NCBI GenBank assembly: GCA_963716725.1
Contig: CAVQUB010000020.1
Location: 32,001 to 96,000 of the forward strand
Direction: 5' to 3'
From: an uncultured delta proteobacterium
Lineage (GTDB): Bacteria > Myxococcota_A > Polyangia > Polyangiales > Polyangiaceae
DNA length: 64,000 nucleotides
In this document: positions 52,001 to 61,934 of the stretch, piece by piece
How positions within the stretch are numbered: position 1 is the first letter of the stretch
How the letters are laid out: the number at the start of each line of letters is the position of its first letter
Translations under genes and position numbers: made by a program
Notes under the pieces: model-generated
What the model was told of the DNA's origin: nothing
What the model saw: only the letters and a program-made list of their open reading frames with translations
Databases searched by the model: none

Positions 52001-54676
52001 ATGATGAAGCCTGAACTGATTTGCTCGATTTCACTCGCCTGCCTCTTCGTCGCTCTGACGGCCTGTGGACCACGGCCCCCCGAGTTGGATCGCGCCGACG
52101 GGGCCAACACCCAGTCCGCGCTGATCTTCGAGGCCGAGCCGGCCCTGCAGAGCGCGGCGCGGGCGCGTCTCGACCCCCGCGTGCGGCTGGCCCTGTCTGC
52201 GCGCAGCACCGGGCAACCGAACGGTTTCAGCGCCGACGCGCGCTTTGACGAGAGCGGGCGGTTTCCCGTCTACGTGCGCTTCGCTGCGTCGGGCGCGCCC
52301 GGCGGCGTGGCCCCCGAGCTTCCTGGCGTCGAGTGGGGCAATGGCGCTGAGCCGTTGCCGTCGGGGGCCTACCTGGCCCGCCTCGACCAGGCCGGCCTCG
52401 GCGCTCTCGAAGCGGATCCCGCGGTGCTCCGTGTCGAATCAGGCATGGAAATGGAAGAGTTGCAGCTGGACGCCGCTGCTGAATCCGTCCGAATCACTCC
52501 GCTGCGACGTAAGGTCCTGGCCGTCGATGGAACGCGCCTGGATGGTTCCGGCCGGCTCATCGCCGACATCGATTCCGATGCCTTCGTCTTCCACCCCGGA
52601 TTGTTCCGCGCCGATGCGGGGGCCTACGCCTGGCTCGACGTCGACAACGACGGCCACTTCGTTCCCGGCGTCGATCTGGTCGACATCGATCGGAATGGCG
52701 TGGCGACGCCGGAGGAACTCGCACATCAGCTGTTGGTGCAAAAGGTCAACAGCCAGTTCGCCCCCTTCGATTCGCACTCCGATTTTCGCTCGGACGAGGA
52801 CTTTCTGTTCCTGGATTCGAACTCCAACGGAGAGCGTGACTACGGCGAGGGATTCACGGAAGACACACCTGCCTACGGCGAGCCGCTGTTCGTCGCGGAC
52901 GACGCCAACGGCAACGGCGTCCTCGACCCCAGCGAGCGAGTGCTCCGCCTCGGCACCAGCGTGTTCCAGCGGATCCGAGACGAAGAGGGAGCCGTCTTCG
53001 TTCGTGGCGCGTCGCAAGCAGGCATCATCGACTACGGTCGTGCGCTCGTGCAGGACACCGAGCGACTGCGATCTGCGGCGCACGGCACGATGATGTGCGG
53101 CATCCTCGCGGGGGGTCCGTACCCGGGGCACCGGTGGTCCGGTATGGCGCCGGGCGCGGATGTCGTGCTCGGTGCCGGCAGGCTGCGCCCCGAAGGCATC
53201 GCCTGGGCACTGAAGTTCGCTCCTGATGCGATCAGTATGCCCTTCAGCCAACACATCTTCAGCCCGCTCGACGGCTCGAGTGAGCTCGAGCAGCTAGTGG
53301 ACTCGGTGATGAAGTCAGGATCGATTCCGGTCGTTAGCGCGGGCAACAGCGCGATCCGGGCGACGCACGCCGAGGTGACGCTTCCTGTCGGCAGCTCGTC
53401 CCTGTCCCTAACCGCCAATCTGCCGTCGTCAGGGCTGTACATCTCGGTGCTATCCCGCCGGCCCGTCGAATCGCTGGCGCTGTCGCTGAAGCTTGCCGAC
53501 GGTACGCTCGTGGACATGCCTTCCGACTCGACCTCGACCCCCGTGACGATCAGCGGTGGTGGGCGTTCGTTCAACCACATCGCCGACGTCTCGAACCGCG
53601 GCACGTTTCAGCGGCACATTCAGCTGTGGGCGCCCAACCAATTCCCCACCGGTACTTACACACTGAATGCGACGCTCTCGGATGGGAAACCACTCGAAGT
53701 GCACGTCTACTCGTCCGACGACTACCGCTATGGGTTCACCTTCAATGATCACGCGACGGTCTCGAGCACGATCGGGTCGCCGGCCACCGCCGACGACGCT
53801 CTGACGGTCACCGGCTACTCGGTTCACGAGGGTCCGAACGCCGGATTGGTCGGTCCGGCCGGTCAGCTCGCCGATTTCGCAGCGCGCGGACCACGCATTG
53901 ACGGCTTCCACAACCTCGATCTGGCCGCGCCCGTCAATCCGCTGAGCACATCCATCGACGCCGACCACCCGCACACCGCCACGCAGATGGTCTGGCCGGG
54001 CACCTCGTGCTCGGCGCCGATCGTCGTCGGCGCAATTGCGCTGCTTCGACAGCTCTATCCCCACGAAAGCGCAGAGAGCATCCGGCAACGCATACTTTCC
54101 ACCGCGAGCAAGGACGCCTACGTGAGCACGGACGTGGACCAGTGGGGTCAGGGCAAGCTCGATCTCGCTGCGGCGGCCGGCATCGAGCCCTCCGCCGGCA
54201 CGCCGCCGACGGTTCAGCTCGAGCTGCCAGCATCCATCGAGCTCGGCCAGACGCTCACTGCGCGCGTGGTGGTGACCGACGATGGCGTCGCTCACCGAAC
54301 GCGTTGGGACGTCGGCTACGACGGAAACTACGATACCGAGTGGCTCGACTCGAGCGAGCACCTGATTGAAGCGACGTCACTCGGCCCGCTTGCAGTCCGC
54401 GTCGAGACACACGATGAGGACGGCTACCTCGTCGGCGCAACGGCCACGGTGAACGTGCTCGAGGGCACCTCGGCTCCGCCGCATTCGGCAACCGGCTCCG
54501 CCGCCAGCGACTCGTCGTGCGCCATGACCGGTCGCAGTTTGGCCGCGCGCGGTCGGTTGGGCTGGCTCATGCTCGCGGTCATCGCCGGGATTTTCGGCCT
54601 GAGGCGGCTGGCATCGGGACCAGTCGTCATGCTAGCGCGCGCTGCGGGACGAGCGAGGCCCAGCGCCGAGGAATAG
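52001..54676 (+). CDS. S8 (subtilisin-like) peptidase with MYXO-CTERM-like tail
   Basis: ADIDS, AHGT, SAGN, GTSCSAP; C-terminal SSCA...LMLAVIAGIFGLRR. Confidence 0.85.
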   Translation: MMKPELICSISLACLFVALTACGPRPPELDRADGANTQSALIFEAEPALQSAARARLDPRVRLALSARSTGQPNGFSADARFDESGRFPVYVRFAASGAPGGVAPELPGVEWGNGAEPLPSGAYLARLDQAGLGALEADPAVLRVESGMEMEELQLDAAAESVRITPLRRKVLAVDGTRLDGSGRLIADIDSDAFVFHPGLFRADAGAYAWLDVDNDGHFVPGVDLVDIDRNGVATPEELAHQLLVQKVNSQFAPFDSHSDFRSDEDFLFLDSNSNGERDYGEGFTEDTPAYGEPLFVADDANGNGVLDPSERVLRLGTSVFQRIRDEEGAVFVRGASQAGIIDYGRALVQDTERLRSAAHGTMMCGILAGGPYPGHRWSGMAPGADVVLGAGRLRPEGIAWALKFAPDAISMPFSQHIFSPLDGSSELEQLVDSVMKSGSIPVVSAGNSAIRATHAEVTLPVGSSSLSLTANLPSSGLYISVLSRRPVESLALSLKLADGTLVDMPSDSTSTPVTISGGGRSFNHIADVSNRGTFQRHIQLWAPNQFPTGTYTLNATLSDGKPLEVHVYSSDDYRYGFTFNDHATVSSTIGSPATADDALTVTGYSVHEGPNAGLVGPAGQLADFAARGPRIDGFHNLDLAAPVNPLSTSIDADHPHTATQMVWPGTSCSAPIVVGAIALLRQLYPHESAESIRQRILSTASKDAYVSTDVDQWGQGKLDLAAAAGIEPSAGTPPTVQLELPASIELGQTLTARVVVTDDGVAHRTRWDVGYDGNYDTEWLDSSEHLIEATSLGPLAVRVETHDEDGYLVGATATVNVLEGTSAPPHSATGSAASDSSCAMTGRSLAARGRLGWLMLAVIAGIFGLRRLASGPVVMLARAAGRARPSAEE

Positions 54677-54995
54677 TGAACCGCCAACGCGAGTTCGCCG
54701 TTGCGGGATGCGGAAGGGACAACGCGGCCAACGACTCATCTCCCGGGCCCAGACCGCCCTCCAGTGAACGCTGCGGCTGACGCCCGTCAGCTCGGAACCT
54801 CGAGACTTCTGATCAGGTCGGCCGAAAGCGCTAGAACTGCAAGCATGTCTCCGCCCGAAGGCCGGGGCAGCCGCGCAGAGCTTTCGTGGAAGCGTGGCCG
54901 CGCGAACCGCTAGTATTGCGGTCGGGACTCGTTACCATCAGCTGCGCGGGGTCCGCCGTCAGCGCTCGGTCAGTATCGAAGGAAGAGCCAAAACC

Positions 54996-56981
54996 ATGAA
55001 GCGAAGCCACCTGTTTCTCATGAGCGCCACCCTGTGCGCGGGGCTGGCCGCGCTGCCAGCATGCTCGGACGACGAGGCCGGGGGCGCGACGGGCGGCACC
55101 GGCGGAGGCAGCGGCGGTTCGGTGACGGGTGGCGCGGCCGGGACAGGCGGAAGCATTGGCGGCGCGGCGGGAGGCGGCGGGACCAGCGGATCCGGCGGCG
55201 CCGCCGGCAGCGGCGGAGCCGGAGGCGCCTTCGCCTGCGACTCGACCAAGTACGACCCGACGACCTACAAGACCAGCAAGGGACAGAGCATCCCGCAGGT
55301 GTACGCGGGTGCCTGCCAGGGCTGTCACGGCGTGTACCGCCAGGGCAACCTCGGCCCGAACCTGCTGCCGGAGGGCCAGATCGCGGGTCAGCCCGATCAG
55401 CAGCTGTGGACGACGATCAAGAACGGCAAGAAGGGTACTCCGATGGACCCCACCTACTTCCCGGAGCTCGCCGGCAGCGACGCGGACATCTGCGCCATGG
55501 TCGCGCTGCTCCGCAGCCCGGTCGACAGCAGCAAGCTCACCTGGACCACGGCGGACATCAACGGGTCCATGCGCATCACGTACCCGGGCTCCGAGTGCGG
55601 AGGGCTCAAGGACGACGGCAAGCTGGACGCACCATGCACGGTGACGCTGGCTCAAGTCGAGGCGCTGCTGCCGGCGACGAGCACCGCGACGCACGACCTC
55701 GAAAACTTGATGCTGGTCACCGAGCGCGAAAGCCGCAAGATCGCCGTCTTCGATGCCGCGAAGACCGACACCGGTGGCAAGAAGGGCGTCTTCGTCGGCG
55801 AGATCGCCGCGTCGTACCGCGCCCACGGTTACACCTTCGATCCAGCGATGTCGGTCAGCGACGGCAGCATCGTCAGCAACCGCAAGCGCTGGGTCTACAA
55901 CGTGGGACGCGACGGCTTCCTGTACAAGATCGATCTGGTGACGCTCAAGGCGCTCGCTAGGGTTCGAGTTGGGATCGACGCCCGAGCCATCGCTGTCTCG
56001 GACGACGGCAAGCACGTGATCGTCGGCAATTACATCCCATACAGCGCCGTCATCGTGGACACCGCGACCATGCTGGTCGCCCAGTATCTGGACACCACGG
56101 CGGCGGGGACGATGGCGGGCAAGGACAGCCGCGTCGCCGGCATCAACGCCACGCAGCGCTGGATTGGCTACGACGGCAGCGCCTACAAGAAGGCCGGCGT
56201 CGGGGGCTACTTCTTGATGTTGCTCAAGGACGCGGGCGAGGTCTGGCGCGTCGACACCACGGGCACGTCCGGTTCGTTTGCCATCAAGAAGCTGGACAAG
56301 GTCGGGCAGATCCTCCACGAGGCCTTCAACTCCAGCGATCAGAAGACGCTCTTCGCCACGGCGCAGGCCAGCGGCTACATCAGCGTGATCGACGTCCCGA
56401 GCTGGACCGAGAAGGTGAAGATCTTCAGCAGCAACCAACCTCACCCTGGCCCGGGGGCGGTCTGGACCTTCGACGTCAACAAGAACAACACCATCGACGC
56501 CGACGAGACCTTCGCGGCGACCATCCACATCGGTTCCGCCCAGCTCTTGGTCTGGAACGTGGACAAGGCCGCGGCAGGTACCGAGGACGCCTTCTCGGTA
56601 GGCACCGGCGGCCCGGGACTGTTCGTGAACACCACCGACAAGGCCACGGGCGTTTGGGGCGATCAGACCTTCAGCACGACCGACACCGCCAGCATCACCA
56701 AGTTCTCCAAGGACCCCGCGGTGCTCGCCGACGCCAACAAGCGCTCCGACCTGTCCATCGTCGGCGCGAGCAAGTTGGTCCACCCCGAGATGGACGCCAG
56801 CGGGAAGTACGTGTGGGTGAGCGACTGGACCGGACACAAGGTCTACGTGCTCGAGGAGAACCCGACAAAGCCCTACGCCGCGGGTAAGAACTCGGTGACG
56901 CCCTACAAGACCTTCCCGAACATCCCGGACCCGACCGGGATCTTCAACACCCACCGCCGCTACAGCCCGCTGGGGCACTGA
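54996..56981 (+). CDS. nirS: Cytochrome cd1 nitrite reductase (NirS)-like lipoprotein
   Basis: LPAC lipobox, CQGCH, and d1-propeller motifs AHGY, GRDG, RVAGI, LHEA, PHPGPG, HPE...WVSDW, PTGIFN. Confidence 0.72.
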   Translation: MKRSHLFLMSATLCAGLAALPACSDDEAGGATGGTGGGSGGSVTGGAAGTGGSIGGAAGGGGTSGSGGAAGSGGAGGAFACDSTKYDPTTYKTSKGQSIPQVYAGACQGCHGVYRQGNLGPNLLPEGQIAGQPDQQLWTTIKNGKKGTPMDPTYFPELAGSDADICAMVALLRSPVDSSKLTWTTADINGSMRITYPGSECGGLKDDGKLDAPCTVTLAQVEALLPATSTATHDLENLMLVTERESRKIAVFDAAKTDTGGKKGVFVGEIAASYRAHGYTFDPAMSVSDGSIVSNRKRWVYNVGRDGFLYKIDLVTLKALARVRVGIDARAIAVSDDGKHVIVGNYIPYSAVIVDTATMLVAQYLDTTAAGTMAGKDSRVAGINATQRWIGYDGSAYKKAGVGGYFLMLLKDAGEVWRVDTTGTSGSFAIKKLDKVGQILHEAFNSSDQKTLFATAQASGYISVIDVPSWTEKVKIFSSNQPHPGPGAVWTFDVNKNNTIDADETFAATIHIGSAQLLVWNVDKAAAGTEDAFSVGTGGPGLFVNTTDKATGVWGDQTFSTTDTASITKFSKDPAVLADANKRSDLSIVGASKLVHPEMDASGKYVWVSDWTGHKVYVLEENPTKPYAAGKNSVTPYKTFPNIPDPTGIFNTHRRYSPLGH

Positions 56982-57099
56982 ACGGCTCGAGCCTGTCGCG
57001 CGTATCAGCTCGCCGCGACTCCCTCGCGCTCGACGCTGCGGGCCCCATTCTATTTGCCATCGTCTCGCCCTAGTTCGGGCGAGGGAGCGGACCCAAACC

Positions 57100-59763
57100 A
57101 TGGGCAGCGACGATCAGATCGAACGCAATCGGCCTGGAATCGGCCTGCGCGGAGCGGCGATTGTAGCGATGCTCCTGGCGGTGACGGCCATCTTCAGTGC
57201 CGTCGACCACACGCTCTCTCCGGCCGCATCAGCCCCTGTGGGCGCGGCCACCGCCGAACCCGAGCCCACGACGCCGCCAGCCGAGCGAACCTTGGTGCTC
57301 TTCGTCGACTCACTGCCGTTGGCGGTGACCGCCGACCCGAAGCTGATGCCGAACCTTGCGCGATTCAAAGCGGAAGCCGCCTGGGCACCGTCCAGCGGGT
57401 GTCGCGATCAGGTCACCGTTCCCGCGGTGCGCGCGGCCTTCTCGGGGCGCGATCACTTCCGCATCTTCGGCTTCGTGGAGAACTTCGCCAAGGGCGGCCA
57501 GGCCTTCGAGTCCATCTTCGATCAATGGCGCGCCGCGGGGCGCAAAGTGCTGGTGTACTCCGACGACTCCTTCGATCAGTTCGGGGCGGCCGCGCTGACC
57601 CACCGCGCGGTCGATGCGCCGCCCCAGAACCAGAGCTTGGCTGCTCACCAGTACGGTCTCTTCCAGCAGGCGCTGGGGGAGTTCGGCGACGGCAACTGGG
57701 ACGCCCTGCTGTTTCACGCGACCTTCGCCGACGAGACCTCGCACCGCGTCCCGCATGGTGGCGGACGCTACCGCTGGGCTTGGAGCGAGGTCGATCGCTG
57801 GATCGGCCAGGCCATGAGCGTCGTGCAGCCGGACCAGAACCTGATGATCATGGGTGATCACGGCCACGACGAGCGTGGCGTGCACGTCATGGGCCTCGAC
57901 CTGCACACCTTCGTTGGTGTTCGGGGGCCACGTTTTGCCAAGGGCCACGAGCTGCCCGAGCAACCGATCACGTCGGTGCGCTACCTTCTCAGCTGGGCCA
58001 CGGGCACGCCGCTCTCGCGTGGCTACCAGGGAGACAGTCTGCCCGCGGCGCTGTCGAGTCAGTCGGTCGTGCCCGGGTCCTTCACCCGCACAGCCCTGAC
58101 CGCGCCAGCGCGCCCCGCGGGCTGGGCAGTGGCAGCGCTCGTCGCCTTGATCGGCTCACTGTTCGGGCTCTGGTTCTTCGGCCAGAGACGCGGTTTTGGC
58201 CTGGCGGACTCCGCGGCCGTGCTCGTGCCCAGCGTCTTGGTGCTCGCGGCAGCGCACCACGCTTGGGGTCTGCCCGCTGCGGCAGCCGTGGCCCTGGCTG
58301 CACTGGCGCTCCGGCTCCGCTCCGACAGGCCGGCACCGGCGAACGACCGGCGCTTCGCCGCCGCTGGCGCAGCGCTCACCGCGTCGATGGTCGGCTATGG
58401 CTACGTGAGCGCTGCCCAGGTCTTGAGCGAGCGGCTGTCATGGTCGGACAAGTTCTCGACCGTGCTCACCCCCGCGCTCGGTGTCGCCTGCGTGGTGTGC
58501 GCGGTGCTCGGTCCGAAATGGGGAAGCTGGATTTGCGCCGGCGCAGCGCTGCTGCTCTTGCCCACGACCAACTACGCATGGGGAGCCGTCAGTGTCTGGG
58601 GTCCGCTGCTGCTCTTGGTCGCGCTGGCTCACGCTACGGCCGCCGAACTCCCTCGATTCCGTGACGGGACGCGCGGCTGGTCCCGCGCCGAGAGCGTGGC
58701 CAGCGTGCTTGCCGTGCTCGCCGTCTTTTGGATCGTTCAGCAACACTGGGTCGTCGTCGGCTGGGACTTCAAGTTCCGCCGCTTCGACCCTTGGTTCGTT
58801 GCGCTGGCGTGGAGTGGCTCCCTGGGGTGGCACACGGCGTCGCTGGTCGCCAAGTTCGTGTTCTTGGTGCGCTGGACCCGCAGTTGGCGCTTGCACTTCA
58901 TCTCGTTCGGCGGAATTGCGCTGCTCACGGCCTACGAGTGGGGAGTCTTGCCGCGAGCCTCGCTCTACAACGTTCCGCTGATCGCGGGCTTGTTCGCCGC
59001 GGCAGCAGTGGTGCCGCGGCTCTTCGCGCATCCGGACACGCGACGGGAGTCCCGGCACGTGCTCCTGCTGGTCGCTTCGATGCTGGCGTTTTTCTTCCTG
59101 GTGCGCAGCCCGGTCAACATGCACCTCTCGCTGGCTCCGGCCGCGGCGGCCCTCGGCCTCAGCGCCCGCCTCGTGCGTCCGCTGCGCCCGGACGTGCGGC
59201 GCGCCGCGCACGTCTTGCTCCTGTGCTTGGGGCTGATCATCGCCGGATGGGTCGGCGTCTGCTGGTCGACCACTCACGTGGAGTGGGCCTTTTTGTCCGA
59301 ACACTTCGGCGCCGAGCAGATCCGAAGCCACATCTTGCTCTTCCTACCGTTGCTCGCACTCCGCTACGCGCTGCCCGTATTCGTGTTCCGCCAGGTGGTG
59401 CAGGCGGAGCTCGGTGACACCGATCGTCAGCAGCACGACTGGGTCTGGACGGCCTACGGCGCGAAGCTCGGTGCAGTCGTGGCCGGGACCCTTGGCGTCG
59501 GCCTGGCGATCGGCACGACCGCATTCTTCCTCGAAGGCGTCCAGCAGGCAGCCGTGTTGGCGATCCTCGGCTTCGGGTTGCTCGGATTGCCCCGCGCGGC
59601 TCGCGCTCAAACGCCCGCTGCCGAGACGTCCTGGCTCTGGGGCACGGTGGCCGCCGCCGCGCACGCTCTCGGGCTGGCAGGACGGTCTCCGACCGACCCG
59701 CCCGGGGCTGTCGACCTCGTGTCGGTCGCTAGAAATCCCCGAACGCCTGCTGGATCAGGCTGA
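57100..59763 (+). CDS. Alkaline-phosphatase-superfamily membrane protein resembling GPI ethanolamine-phosphate transferases
   Basis: VLFVDSL, VTVPAV, FHATFADETSH, MGDHG...H, followed by more than 10 TM segments. Confidence 0.65.
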   Translation: MGSDDQIERNRPGIGLRGAAIVAMLLAVTAIFSAVDHTLSPAASAPVGAATAEPEPTTPPAERTLVLFVDSLPLAVTADPKLMPNLARFKAEAAWAPSSGCRDQVTVPAVRAAFSGRDHFRIFGFVENFAKGGQAFESIFDQWRAAGRKVLVYSDDSFDQFGAAALTHRAVDAPPQNQSLAAHQYGLFQQALGEFGDGNWDALLFHATFADETSHRVPHGGGRYRWAWSEVDRWIGQAMSVVQPDQNLMIMGDHGHDERGVHVMGLDLHTFVGVRGPRFAKGHELPEQPITSVRYLLSWATGTPLSRGYQGDSLPAALSSQSVVPGSFTRTALTAPARPAGWAVAALVALIGSLFGLWFFGQRRGFGLADSAAVLVPSVLVLAAAHHAWGLPAAAAVALAALALRLRSDRPAPANDRRFAAAGAALTASMVGYGYVSAAQVLSERLSWSDKFSTVLTPALGVACVVCAVLGPKWGSWICAGAALLLLPTTNYAWGAVSVWGPLLLLVALAHATAAELPRFRDGTRGWSRAESVASVLAVLAVFWIVQQHWVVVGWDFKFRRFDPWFVALAWSGSLGWHTASLVAKFVFLVRWTRSWRLHFISFGGIALLTAYEWGVLPRASLYNVPLIAGLFAAAAVVPRLFAHPDTRRESRHVLLLVASMLAFFFLVRSPVNMHLSLAPAAAALGLSARLVRPLRPDVRRAAHVLLLCLGLIIAGWVGVCWSTTHVEWAFLSEHFGAEQIRSHILLFLPLLALRYALPVFVFRQVVQAELGDTDRQQHDWVWTAYGAKLGAVVAGTLGVGLAIGTTAFFLEGVQQAAVLAILGFGLLGLPRAARAQTPAAETSWLWGTVAAAAHALGLAGRSPTDPPGAVDLVSVARNPRTPAGSG

Positions 59764-60472
59764 CACCGACCAGCACCGCGGTCTCGGCACGGAGCACCCT
59801 GCCGCCGAAACTGAGCGCGGTCGCCCCGCGGTCGGCGAGCCGGGCGCGCTCGTCGTCAGTGAACCCTCCTTCAGGCCCCACCACGAAGGCAACGCTCGCC
59901 ACGTCGTCCCCGGGCACGAGCGTCGATCCGTCGCGCGCGCGATCATCGAGGGTGTAACGCCGGGTCGCACCTCGAAAGCTCTGGGCGTCGAGGGCGTCGA
60001 CGAGGGGGATGGCGGGTTGAACGTCGGGGACGCTGGCCCGGCGACACTGCCGCGCCGCGCGCAGGGCTTGCCCCGGCCAGGCGTGGGCCTTCTCGTGCGC
60101 CAGCCCGCTGCGTTGCACCGAGCGCTCACACAGCACCGGCACGATCCGCACAACGCCGAGTTCGGTGGCCTTCTGCACCACGCCCAACATGCGCTGCCGC
60201 GCGAGCACCGCGCACACGAGCGTGATCTCCACCGGCGACTCCGTCGATTCGGACATCTGCTCGTAGACGAGCGCCTCGCCACCGTCCGATCCGAGAACTG
60301 TAAGCGACGCGCGAAAGAAGTCGCCGCACTGATCGACGATGGTGAAGGCCTCCTTGGGATTGATCTGGCGAAACCTCAGGCCTCGAGCGTGCGTGTCGTC
60401 GAGCTCGATGCACTGCCCTGCAGCCAGCACCTGAGCGTGACGAAGCGGAGCGTTGGGTACCGGGAGCGGCAC
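59729..60472 (-). CDS. rsmE: 16S rRNA m3U1498 methyltransferase
   Basis: QKATELGV, ARQCRR, VGPEGGFT, RVLRAETA. Confidence 0.9.
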   Translation of the reverse strand: MPLPVPNAPLRHAQVLAAGQCIELDDTHARGLRFRQINPKEAFTIVDQCGDFFRASLTVLGSDGGEALVYEQMSESTESPVEITLVCAVLARQRMLGVVQKATELGVVRIVPVLCERSVQRSGLAHEKAHAWPGQALRAARQCRRASVPDVQPAIPLVDALDAQSFRGATRRYTLDDRARDGSTLVPGDDVASVAFVVGPEGGFTDDERARLADRGATALSFGGRVLRAETAVLVGVSLIQQAFGDF

Positions 60473-60484
60473 TCGAGTGGTCTT

Positions 60485-61633
60485 TCAAGCTCCGCGCAGC
60501 GCCGCCGCACGCGCTCGGGCCACCGAAGGCGCGTCGACGTGGGCGCCGGCCGGCAGGAATGCGACGCCGTTCTCGTCGAGCACCGTCGCGATCACGCGAG
60601 GCAAGAACTCGCTGGCATCCACGTGACCGAGGGCGGCGCGAACGACCGCGCTCGCGCCGAGACCCGGCACCACGAGGGACCCCGCCGGCTCTCGCACGAC
60701 GACGTCGCGTTGCAGCTTCCTCGCGCCGGTCACGCAGGGCGACAGCGCGGCAATTCTCAAGACCCAGCTCTGATCGGCGGCGGCAGCCCGAGCGCGGTCG
60801 GACAGCTCCCAGTGCAGGAAGAGGGCGCCGCCCCGTGGGATCGCGACCAATACGTCCGTCCGCGAATGAGGATCGTCCGCGCGGGGCTCGGGCGCACGCG
60901 CCGGGGCTTCGACGGCAACTGCGACCTCGACAGCTTCGACCTCGACGACTTCGACCTCGACGACGGCGCTCGCCACCTCGACGACTTCGACCTCGACGAC
61001 GGCGCTCGCCACCTCGACGACGGCGCTCGCCACCTCGAAGCCGGGGGGAGTCGCGGGCAGCAGCTCTGCTTCGACCGGCGGGGATTCGTCCGGCGGGGAT
61101 TCGTCCCAGACCTCGTCGCCAGGCGCAGGCGCCGCCGGGAGCTCTTCGGACTCGGGGGCCGGGACGTCTTCGGGCGCTTCCGGCTCGACGACCCGAGCCG
61201 GTGCCGGTCGCGGCGTCGCAAGGCGATCGCGGAGCGCTCGCGCAGCGGCGTGGTCGGGCTCGTTCTCGAGCACCTGATCGAGCATGCCGAGGGCACGCTT
61301 CAGATGGCCCTGTGCGGCGTAGATTTCTGCGAGCGTCACCGTGGCCACGGGCGCTTGGTGCAACACCCGAGTGGGCGCGACTCCCTGCCGCACGAGCTCC
61401 GCGGCGTCGGGCATGTTGAGCCCCTGCTCGATCAAGCTGGCGACCAAGTCGCGCGCCACGCCCAGCCACCCGCGGGCTCTACGTCGGGCGTTGACGTCGG
61501 TCTCTTGTCGCCGGATGATCTCGTCGATCATCTCGACCCGCGTCATGACTTCGGGCCGCGGGACACCGAGGCGGCGCGCGCGCTCGATCAGCCCACTTCG
61601 GTTCAATGCCTCGAGCTCGTTACGCGTCGTCAC
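60485..61633 (-). CDS. Hypothetical protein (Rho-N-like start, TPR-like helix, DUF4912-like end) with acidic repeats
   Basis: TVTLAEIYAAQG, LFLHWEL; VEVASAVVE repeats. Confidence 0.65.
   Translation of the reverse strand: MTTRNELEALNRSGLIERARRLGVPRPEVMTRVEMIDEIIRRQETDVNARRRARGWLGVARDLVASLIEQGLNMPDAAELVRQGVAPTRVLHQAPVATVTLAEIYAAQGHLKRALGMLDQVLENEPDHAAARALRDRLATPRPAPARVVEPEAPEDVPAPESEELPAAPAPGDEVWDESPPDESPPVEAELLPATPPGFEVASAVVEVASAVVEVEVVEVASAVVEVEVVEVEAVEVAVAVEAPARAPEPRADDPHSRTDVLVAIPRGGALFLHWELSDRARAAAADQSWVLRIAALSPCVTGARKLQRDVVVREPAGSLVVPGLGASAVVRAALGHVDASEFLPRVIATVLDENGVAFLPAGAHVDAPSVARARAAALRGA
60922..61039 (-). repeat. Imperfect coding tandem repeats (VEV/VASAVVE)
   Basis: ACCTCGACGACGGCGCTCGCC x3 interleaved with ACCTCGACGACTTCG units. 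Confidence 0.85.
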
Positions 61634-61648
61634 CGGGCCGCGACTGTA

Positions 61649-61869
61649 CTAGTGCTGCGTCCCAGAAGTAACCGTCCATGATCGAGGCGCAGCTTAGGGG
61701 ACGCAGCACTGGCAATCGGTGAAGCCGATTGACTCGGGGTGAATCGGCCGAAGGCTGAGAGGGGCCCGAGGGGCCCCTACGAAGAGATAGTGTTGGCGCT
61801 GCTAAGCAGCGCATGCGGCGGAGCCGCGCCCAGAATTCGCGTAGCGCGAATTCTGGGACAGGACACTAG
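61649..61869. mobile_element. MITE/REP-like non-coding insert with CTAG ends
   Basis: Ends CTAGTGCTGCGTCCCAGAA and (reverse complement) CTAGTGTCCTGTCCCAGAA; several perfect hairpins. Confidence 0.65.
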
Positions 61870-61934
61870 TGCCGCGCGGCAGAAGTTTCGCTGGTTTCTT
61901 TTCCGTGTGCGTGTCGTCGGTGTAGTGGGGTGAC

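Noticed and set aside
54677..54995. FNR/DNR box or ncRNA upstream of the nirS-like gene
   Set aside because: No convincing TTGAT-N4-ATCAA; only a weak imperfect hairpin.
60922..61105. Repeat cluster as a CRISPR or regulatory array
   Set aside because: Unit lengths are multiples of 3 inside a CDS, encoding a low-complexity linker.
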